The notes below the pieces were generated by a model. That model saw only the letters and a list, made by a program, of their open reading frames with translations. It ran no database searches and was not told the DNA's origin. From an uncultured Muribaculaceae bacterium (GTDB taxonomy: Bacteria; Pseudomonadota; Alphaproteobacteria; Rs-D84): a DNA stretch of 32,000 bases. Location of the stretch: the NCBI GenBank assembly GCA_965231035.1, contig OZ246409.1, positions 631,101 through 663,100 of the forward strand. Reading direction: 5' to 3'. Shown one piece after another: positions 25,469 through 32,000 of the stretch. Position 1 is the first letter of the stretch. Each line of letters begins with the position of its first letter. The position numbers were made by a program, and so were the translations under genes.

Positions 25469-26839
25469 ATGAAAAAGTTTACAAAAATTACATCATCAAT
25501 TGGTCCAAACAGCGAAGATAAAGATACGCTGACAAAAATGATAGAGCAGGGCGTTGATATGTGTCGCTTGAATTTTAGCCATGATACAGGTGATGTTCAG
25601 GGTAAAAAGATAGATATGATTCGCAAAATATCGAAAAAAGTTGGTCGTCCGGTTGCGGTTTTGGTTGACTTGCAGGGTCCAAAGCATCGTATAGGAAACT
25701 TTGAAACCGAAGATAAGTATCCAATCAAAGCAGGTCAAAAATTTATATTAGATAACGATTCAAAACTTGGAAATTCAAATCGTGTTCAATTACCAGACTT
25801 GGATGTTTTGAAATCTTTAAAAGCAGGCGAACGTGTTTTATTAAACGATGGAAAAATTGAATTAAAGGTTGAAAAAGTTTCAGGTGATTCTGTTGAAACA
25901 GTCGTAGTTCGTGGTGATGAAATATGGTCGCGCCGTGGATTTAATTTGCCAGATACAGATGTAAAAACATCTGTTTTGACACCAAAAGATCGTGAAGATT
26001 TGGAATATGCATTAACCAAAAATCCTGATTGGGTTGCAATATCATTTGTTCAAAAACCAGAAGATGTTTTTGAAGTTCGTGACTTTATAACACAACGTAC
26101 TGCACACCCAGTTAAAATATTGGCGAAAATTGAACGCCCAAATGCAATTGAAAGAATCAGCGAAATTATTGACGCTGCGGATGGAATCATGATTGCTCGT
26201 GGTGATATGGCGGTCGAAGTACCATTTGAACAAGTTCCCGCCATTTCACGCAGAATGATTCGCGAATGTCGCAAAATGAATAAACCAATTATTATGGCAA
26301 CACAGATGTTGGGTTCAATGGTTAACACTGAATTTCCACTGCGTGCTGAAATTTCTGACGTTGCTTCGGCTGCATATTTGCGTGTTGATTCAACAATGAC
26401 ATCCGAAGAAACAACAATTGGAAATAATCCGGTCAAGGTTGTTGAAACTATGTCAAAAATATTGATCTATGCTGACCAAGACGCAATCGACAATCCATAT
26501 GATTGGTCACGCGTTGAAAATATACCTGAAAACGATTGGTCACGTTCGGTTGCTTCGATGGCTTATTTGAACAAGGCATCTGCAATTGTTGTTTTTGCTC
26601 ATGACACTGTAGCCGCAACACAAATTTCTTGCCGCCGTCCAGATATTCCAATTATCGCAATTTGTGACATGGATGTAGTTGCAAACCAATTATGCTTGTC
26701 ACGTGGGGTATTTCCGATTTGTGATGAAAAATTGTTTGGTCAAAGGGATGCATTCAACACAGCAAGAAATATGGGAATAACCCATGGCAAACTTGTTATC
26801 GTAGATGATGAAAAAATCAGCCTTCGAACTTTGGATTAA
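25469..26839 (+). CDS. pyk: Pyruvate kinase
   Basis: TKITSSIGPNS, RLNFSHD, IMIARGDMAVEVP and MATQMLGSM. The start at 25469 (MKKFTKI...) matches the usual N-terminus. The alternative ATG at 25445 has no SD. Confidence 0.9.
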   Translation: MKKFTKITSSIGPNSEDKDTLTKMIEQGVDMCRLNFSHDTGDVQGKKIDMIRKISKKVGRPVAVLVDLQGPKHRIGNFETEDKYPIKAGQKFILDNDSKLGNSNRVQLPDLDVLKSLKAGERVLLNDGKIELKVEKVSGDSVETVVVRGDEIWSRRGFNLPDTDVKTSVLTPKDREDLEYALTKNPDWVAISFVQKPEDVFEVRDFITQRTAHPVKILAKIERPNAIERISEIIDAADGIMIARGDMAVEVPFEQVPAISRRMIRECRKMNKPIIMATQMLGSMVNTEFPLRAEISDVASAAYLRVDSTMTSEETTIGNNPVKVVETMSKILIYADQDAIDNPYDWSRVENIPENDWSRSVASMAYLNKASAIVVFAHDTVAATQISCRRPDIPIIAICDMDVVANQLCLSRGVFPICDEKLFGQRDAFNTARNMGITHGKLVIVDDEKISLRTLD

Positions 26840-26856
26840 AATTGATTAATTCTTAT

Positions 26857-26887
26857 ATCCGCCCTTGACCAAATGGGCGGATTTTTT
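26857..26887 (+). terminator. Rho-independent terminator after pyk
   Basis: ATCCGCCC (26857..26864), a 10-nt loop, GGGCGGAT (26875..26882), then TTTTT. Confidence 0.75.
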
Positions 26888-26894
26888 GTATCAT
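26865..26894 (+). promoter_or_regulatory. Candidate promoter for the DD-carboxypeptidase gene, embedded in the pyk terminator (TTGACC-18-TATCAT)
   Basis: -35 TTGACC at 26865..26870 lies in the hairpin loop. -10 TATCAT is at 26889..26894. The ATG at 26902 is 8 nt downstream with no SD. Confidence 0.3.
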
Positions 26895-26901
26895 CGTTTC
26901 C

Positions 26902-28020
26902 ATGAGAATAAAATTATTTCCTATTTGTATTTTTAGTATTTTCATGATGTCTGGAATGGCATGTGCTGCAGAATACAGGGCGGCTTTGGTTGCTGATATG
27001 GATACAGGTCAGGTGCTGTACCAAGAAAACGCAACCCAACCAAATTATCCTGCATCTTTGACCAAGATTATGACGCTGTATTTAACTTTTGATGCGCTGG
27101 AACATGGTCGCTTACGTTTAGACGATTATCTGATTGTTTCGCAAAGTGCTGCGAATGCTTCGCCTGTAAAACTGGGTTTGACTGCAGGCAGCAAAATAAA
27201 AGTAGAAGACGCGATTAAGGCTTTGGCGGTTCATAGTGCAAACGATGTTGCCCGTGTTTTGGCTGAAAATTTAAAAGGCGGCAAAGAAGGAAATTTTGCA
27301 TCACTGATGACGGATGTTGCAAACGAAATAGGCTTATCACGGACAAATTTTGAAAACTCGTCTGGGTTACCTGATGACGATCAACTTTCAACTGCACGTG
27401 ATATTGCTTTGATGTCTATGGCTGTGTATAAACACTTTCCACAGTACTGGAAATATTTCAGTATCAAGTCATGGAGCTATAACGGTAAAACATACACAAA
27501 CGGAAATCATTTGTTGGGAAGCTATCCGGGATGTGACGGTATGAAAACTGGCTTTACCAATAAATCCAGATATTCATTGGTTGCAACTGCAAAGCGTGGA
27601 AATAAACATTTGATGAGCGTTGTATTAGGTGCAGCAAGCAAAGATGTGCGTGCGCGAGTTTCTGCCAGAATGCTGGAAAAGGGTTTTGCAATTTTGAAAG
27701 TCAGTTCTGAACCATTTCAAATTCAAACATCTGAATATGATTCCACTGACGAAGACGTTGTTGTTCAAAAACAATGGGTGGTATCAACACCTGCACCGGT
27801 ATCTGGATCAACCGGTGTACAGTTTGGCGCATTTGCATCCGAGGATGCTGCAAGTACTCAACAGGCACATGTAAAAAGTACACTTGGGTTAACTGCAATA
27901 ATTGAACAGGCACCAAACGGAATGTTTCGTGTTCGTGTGAATGGTTTGTCAGATGGTTCTGCTCAAAAGATTAAGACCCAAGCCGCTGCAAACGGTATAG
28001 ATATTTACGTATTCCATTGA
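26902..28020 (+). CDS. D-alanyl-D-alanine carboxypeptidase (peptidase S11, PBP5/6-like) with a C-terminal SPOR domain
   Basis: Signal peptide, SxxK (PASLTKIM), SxN (VHSANDV) and KTG (MKTGFT). The C-terminal ~75 aa (GVQFGAFASEDAASTQQAHVKS..GMFRVRVNGLSDGSAQKIKTQAAANGIDIYVF) fit the SPOR fold pattern. Confidence 0.88.
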   Translation: MRIKLFPICIFSIFMMSGMACAAEYRAALVADMDTGQVLYQENATQPNYPASLTKIMTLYLTFDALEHGRLRLDDYLIVSQSAANASPVKLGLTAGSKIKVEDAIKALAVHSANDVARVLAENLKGGKEGNFASLMTDVANEIGLSRTNFENSSGLPDDDQLSTARDIALMSMAVYKHFPQYWKYFSIKSWSYNGKTYTNGNHLLGSYPGCDGMKTGFTNKSRYSLVATAKRGNKHLMSVVLGAASKDVRARVSARMLEKGFAILKVSSEPFQIQTSEYDSTDEDVVVQKQWVVSTPAPVSGSTGVQFGAFASEDAASTQQAHVKSTLGLTAIIEQAPNGMFRVRVNGLSDGSAQKIKTQAAANGIDIYVFH

Positions 28021-28025
28021 TTAAA

Positions 28026-28622
28026 ATGAATTCAAAAATAGAAAAACTTATTAAACAATTTGCAAAGCTGCCACGTGTTGGTGGTCGTTCTGCACAACGT
28101 ATAGTATTGGCTTTACTGCAAGATAAAACAGGTCGTGCAGATAATTTGGCACATGCTTTGCGTGATGTTGCGGCAACTGTTCGTCCTTGTCCTGTTTGTG
28201 GTTCGCTGATGGATACAGAAAATGGGTCTTGTGAATTCTGTCGTGATACATCGCGTGCAAATGGTCAGTTGTGTATTGTTCGTGATTTGGGCGATGTTTG
28301 GACTTTGGAAAAATCATCAATTTTTCGTGGCAGATATCATATTCTGGGGGGACAAATTTCCGGTGTAAATGGTATAACACCAGAAGATTTAAATATTGCG
28401 ACATTGGGAAAAAGAATCAAAGATGAAAAAATTGAAGAAGTAATTTTCGCATTGCCAAATACAGTCGAAGGTAAAACAACCCAACATTATGTTATGAACA
28501 GTTTGAATGGAATTCATGTTCAATTTACTGAGTTGGCATCTGGTGTTCCGCTGGGTGGTGATTTGGATTATCTGGACGATGGAACGTTAACCCTGGCATT
28601 TGGTGGCCGCAAGAAAATATGA
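28026..28622 (+). CDS. recR: Recombination protein RecR
   Basis: HhH region LPRVGGRSAQRIVLALL, C4 zinc finger CPVCGSLMDTENGSCEFC, and Toprim region LCIVRDLGDVWTLEKS. The ATG is at 28026; the track uses TTG 28017, which overlaps the upstream stop. Confidence 0.9.
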   Translation: MNSKIEKLIKQFAKLPRVGGRSAQRIVLALLQDKTGRADNLAHALRDVAATVRPCPVCGSLMDTENGSCEFCRDTSRANGQLCIVRDLGDVWTLEKSSIFRGRYHILGGQISGVNGITPEDLNIATLGKRIKDEKIEEVIFALPNTVEGKTTQHYVMNSLNGIHVQFTELASGVPLGGDLDYLDDGTLTLAFGGRKKI

Positions 28623-29473
28623 AAAATTTATTAGAATCTTTACCACCTGTTGCTGAAATAATGAGAGATTCAGGGTTAGAGCCCAAGAAGGCATTCGGTC
28701 AGAACTTTTTATTTGATTTAAATCTGACAAGCAAAATTGCACGCAGCGTTCCGGATATTCAAAATTCAACCGTAATAGAAGTTGGTCCAGGTCCAGGCGG
28801 ATTAACCCGCAGTTTATTGATGGCGGGTACAAAACGTGTAATTGCGATTGAAAAAGATAAAACCACTGAACCAATATTGAAAAAAATCCAAGATGCCTCA
28901 GATGGTCGGTTGGAAATAATTTTTGATGATGCATTAAAAGTTTTTGGTGAAAAAAAACTTTCTGGTATTCAGGCAGCAATGTGTTCAAATTTGCCATACA
29001 ATGTAGGAACCGAACTTTTAATCCAATGGCTGCATTATATTTCTGATAACAAAAGCCCAATTAAAATTACAAGTATGACATTAATGTTCCAGCGTGAAGT
29101 GGCTGAACGCATTGTTGCAAAGGTTGGCGATAATCAATACGGTCGTTTAGCGGTTTTGGTTTCACTGATTGCGGATGCAAAAATTTTGTTCAATGTTCCA
29201 AACACTGCATTCGTACCCAGGCCAAAAGTCCAAAGTGCAATTGTTCAGATAATACCAAATGCCGAAAAAATAAAGGTATTAAAGGATTTATCGAAAATAG
29301 AAACACTGACTGCAAAGCTGTTTGGTCAGCGCCGCAAAATGATACGTGGAATTATTCCAAATGTTGATTGGAATGTATTTGGTTTAACCGGAACTGAACG
29401 AGCCGAAGAATTATCATCACAAAAATTCGCCGAAATTTCATCAAGACTTTTTGATTTTTTATGTAAGTTATAA
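28619..29473 (+). CDS. rsmA: 16S rRNA (adenine1518-N6/adenine1519-N6)-dimethyltransferase
   Basis: KKAFGQNFLFD, SAM motif VIEVGPGPGGLT, and NLPYNVGT. ATGA overlap with recR. Confidence 0.92.
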   Translation: MKNLLESLPPVAEIMRDSGLEPKKAFGQNFLFDLNLTSKIARSVPDIQNSTVIEVGPGPGGLTRSLLMAGTKRVIAIEKDKTTEPILKKIQDASDGRLEIIFDDALKVFGEKKLSGIQAAMCSNLPYNVGTELLIQWLHYISDNKSPIKITSMTLMFQREVAERIVAKVGDNQYGRLAVLVSLIADAKILFNVPNTAFVPRPKVQSAIVQIIPNAEKIKVLKDLSKIETLTAKLFGQRRKMIRGIIPNVDWNVFGLTGTERAEELSSQKFAEISSRLFDFLCKL

Positions 29474-29999
29474 AACCTAGTATTACAAAAAGTAATAACG
29501 CTGATTCTAATGTTATACCCATAAAATTAACGACAGCTACATTATAAATTATCCAAAATATTCCTACAAATATTCCCAATAGTCGATATATAAAACCGTT
29601 TTTTTGCCATATATATACTGTGAAAGTCAAAGTTGCAAAATAAGCAAACATCTCAAGGAAATTGTTAGCTGTTAATAAAGTTGCTGTTGTGAATAAGCTT
29701 ATCCATAAACCAAGCAACCACCAATCAAGCCTGGTTGTTTTTTCACGATCTTCGGTTTTTCGGTTTCTGTTTATAATAGTACTGGTTATATCACGAGATA
29801 TTGCAATTATACACATGCATACACCAACCCATCCACCCAATAATGCAAAACCCGTTCCCATAATCACATTACTGGAAATTGTTGTAGCAAGCAATTTTCT
29901 CCTGCTGGTTATAAAATAGCTTAATGCCAACAATAAATATGCAATAGTTATAAAAATTTGGCTGTAAATATAATTAGCTGAATCCCAGTTTCCAACCAT
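29352..29999 (-). CDS. Polytopic inner-membrane protein, YgjV-like
   Basis: About 6 hydrophobic helices. The layout and size resemble the YgjV family by eye. AAGGA lies 8 nt upstream of the ATG at 29999. The last ~40 codons are antisense to the rsmA 3' end. Confidence 0.6.
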   Translation of the reverse strand: MVGNWDSANYIYSQIFITIAYLLLALSYFITSRRKLLATTISSNVIMGTGFALLGGWVGVCMCIIAISRDITSTIINRNRKTEDREKTTRLDWWLLGLWISLFTTATLLTANNFLEMFAYFATLTFTVYIWQKNGFIYRLLGIFVGIFWIIYNVAVVNFMGITLESALLLFVILGFITYIKNQKVLMKFRRIFVMIILRLVQFRLNQIHSNQHLE

Positions 30000-30086
30000 T
30001 TAGGTATTCCTTTTGTTTTTATTTTTTACTTATACAGTTTATATTATTATTTTATTATAATGCAAATTGTTTTAATTCACTTATTT

Positions 30087-30095
30087 TGATATAAT
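30087..30095 (+). promoter_or_regulatory. Candidate extended -10 element (TGaTATAAT) for the CPA2 antiporter gene
   Basis: TGATATAAT at 30087..30095. The GGAGAGAGGA SD and the ATG at 30127 follow. It shares an identical 15-mer with the murG upstream region. Confidence 0.4.
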
Positions 30096-30126
30096 TAGTT
30101 TTACCAAAGTCCAGGGAGAGAGGAAA

Positions 30127-31833
30127 ATGACAACATCGATATTAATATTTTTTGGAATTGCTTTTGCGTTGGTTTTTTTGTTGAGGTTGGCAAAAATAGG
30201 CACTTTGTTGGCATTTTTGTTGGCAGGCGTTTTGTCAGGTCCTTATGTTTTTGGACTTTTACAATTATCAGATATTTGGAACTTTCTTGGTGAAGTCGGA
30301 ATAATGTTCCTGTGGTTCACTATTGGTATTGAACTGAATATGAAACGCCTGTGGCAGATGAAAAAGACCATATTTGGATTTGGTGCAGCCCAAGTTATGA
30401 TGGTTGTTGTTATGTTATTCCCAATACTGTTCGGCTTAACAACCTGGACAATTATGGGAACAATTATGGTTTCTTTGATACTGGCTATGTCCAGCACGTC
30501 CAGCGATTTGGAAATTTTGGCACAGCGAAATGAATTACAAACTTCACTGGGGCGCCAGACTTTTTCGATTTTGTTATTCCAAGATTTGTTGGCGATACCT
30601 TTGATGTCTATGTTGCCAATATTTGCAGGTAAATCAATCAATATGGGTGCAAATATAATTGACGTTTTGGTCATGTCTGTGGGACTTATTTTGGGTGTTC
30701 TGGTTGTCAGCCGTTTGATAATAAATCCATTAATGCATGCGGTCAGCAGAATGAAGTCCAAAGAACTTTTCTTGCTGACAATTATGCTGAATATAATTTT
30801 GTGGGCAATTGTTTTACAGCTGATTGGTTTACCTCCTGAATTGGGTGCTTTTCTGGCTGGTATGTTATTGTCCGAAACAATTTACAGGCACCAGGTCAAA
30901 GCTGAAATTTCACCATATGCCACATTGTTCTTGGCGTTCTTTTTTATCGCATTGGGTATGGGATTGGATTTAAAGATGTTGATGGATAATTGGTTGTTGG
31001 TTTTAATTGGTATAATTGGTTTGTTGATTATAAAATTTGTTGCGATTTATATTGTTGCACGTGTTCGTCATGTTAAAACAACAGATGCCTTTTTGATTGC
31101 CTTGGTTCTGGCCCAAGGGGGCGAGTTCGGATTGTTAATACTGCAAACAATGAAGACCAGTGGAATCGAAGCAATACCGTTTGTTCATGGTGAAATATTA
31201 ACTGCGGTTATAATCTTGTCTATTATGACAACTCCTATTTTGTTAGCAGTTTATGATAAATTGCAGAAATCTGGAAAATTGTTTTCTGTCTTGAAATCCA
31301 AGAAGTTCAATAACACAGAGGTTTCTGAAATAAAACCCGAAGTTATAATTTGTGGATTTGGTCGTGTTGGTCAAATAATTGCCCAGATGTTAGAATCCCA
31401 GAAAATACCATATGTTGCCGTTGATTTTAATGTTGATACTGTGATTATGTCCAGGGAAAAAGGGTACAAGATTTATTATGGTGACACAAATAATTCGGAA
31501 TTCTTGACTGATATCGGTTTAAGCGCTCATAAAACCAAGGCGGTGGTAATTGCTTTGGACAACGCTTGGGGTGCGAAAAGCACAATTCGTGCAATAAAAA
31601 CAATCGCTCCACGTGTTAAGATTTTTGTTCGTGCACGTAATATCGAAGAATCCAAATTGTTGTTAAAGGAAGGTGTCAAAGAAGTGCTTCCTGAAACCAT
31701 AGAATCTTCATTTATGCTGGGTGAAGGCGTTATGTCTAATATTGGTGTGTCACATGACAATATAGAAAAGGCCATAGCCCGTATACGTAAAAATAATTAC
31801 GAAAAACTGGAAGATATTCCGGATAAAAGATAA
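30127..31833 (+). CDS. Monovalent cation:proton antiporter-2 (CPA2) family protein with a C-terminal RCK/TrkA-N domain (KefB/KefC-like)
   Basis: About 12 TM helices of the Na+/H+ exchanger type, followed by the Rossmann motif VIICGFGRVGQIIAQML. Confidence 0.88.
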   Translation: MTTSILIFFGIAFALVFLLRLAKIGTLLAFLLAGVLSGPYVFGLLQLSDIWNFLGEVGIMFLWFTIGIELNMKRLWQMKKTIFGFGAAQVMMVVVMLFPILFGLTTWTIMGTIMVSLILAMSSTSSDLEILAQRNELQTSLGRQTFSILLFQDLLAIPLMSMLPIFAGKSINMGANIIDVLVMSVGLILGVLVVSRLIINPLMHAVSRMKSKELFLLTIMLNIILWAIVLQLIGLPPELGAFLAGMLLSETIYRHQVKAEISPYATLFLAFFFIALGMGLDLKMLMDNWLLVLIGIIGLLIIKFVAIYIVARVRHVKTTDAFLIALVLAQGGEFGLLILQTMKTSGIEAIPFVHGEILTAVIILSIMTTPILLAVYDKLQKSGKLFSVLKSKKFNNTEVSEIKPEVIICGFGRVGQIIAQMLESQKIPYVAVDFNVDTVIMSREKGYKIYYGDTNNSEFLTDIGLSAHKTKAVVIALDNAWGAKSTIRAIKTIAPRVKIFVRARNIEESKLLLKEGVKEVLPETIESSFMLGEGVMSNIGVSHDNIEKAIARIRKNNYEKLEDIPDKR

Positions 31834-31847
31834 TTTTTCGAATTAAA

Positions 31848-31876
31848 GTCGTCCCCATTTTGGGGACGATTTAATT
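31848..31876 (+). terminator. Rho-independent terminator after the CPA2 gene
   Basis: TCGTCCCCA-TTT-TGGGGACGA followed by TTTAATTT. Confidence 0.8.
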
Positions 31877-31925
31877 TGCTTTTGATACTTCAAATTGCTA
31901 TCTTCTATGACGATAAGGGGTGTTC

Positions 31926-32000
31926 ATGAAAAATATACTGAAAATATTAACAATCGTATTTGGTGTTATTTTACTGGATCAAATTACCAAAGGTATTTTG
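31926..32000 (+). CDS. lspA: Lipoprotein signal peptidase II, first 25 codons (runs off the right edge)
   Basis: MKNILKILTIVFGVILLDQITKGIL contains the conserved LDQ.TK motif of LspA. AAGGGG SD lies 6 nt upstream. Confidence 0.7.
   Translation, partial: MKNILKILTIVFGVILLDQITKGIL

Overview
This is an AT-rich, very tightly packed bacterial chromosomal segment that is almost entirely housekeeping. Several genes point to an alphaproteobacterium with a streamlined genome: a GapR/DUF2312 nucleoid protein, a SPOR-tailed DD-carboxypeptidase, an rmuC-def-fmt-truA neighbourhood, a short ValRS and a ComEC without a metallo-beta-lactamase domain. A Rickettsiales- or Holosporales-like lifestyle is an inference only. 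I call 31 protein genes, 2 divergent tRNA genes (Glu-CUC, Gln-UUG), 7 intrinsic terminators and 8 candidate sigma70 promoters. Two of the protein genes are partial at the window edges, and rpmH is missing from the ORF track because it has only 50 codons. Several ORF-track starts look like upstream over-extensions and are re-called from Shine-Dalgarno and promoter positions. I see no transposase or integrase, CRISPR array, toxin-antitoxin pair, restriction-modification genes or recognisable phage-defence genes, and I cannot point to a clear-cut new multi-gene system. The best leads are a MarR-TolC-adaptor-RND efflux operon whose adaptor is only 186 aa, a gapR gene translationally coupled to an RNHCP zinc-ribbon gene, a MerR gene whose start lies inside the gyrA stop region, and an uncharacterised secreted protein with an OmpA-like C-terminus. 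An unidentifiable gene also runs off the left edge. All family assignments rest on motifs read by eye; no database search was possible.
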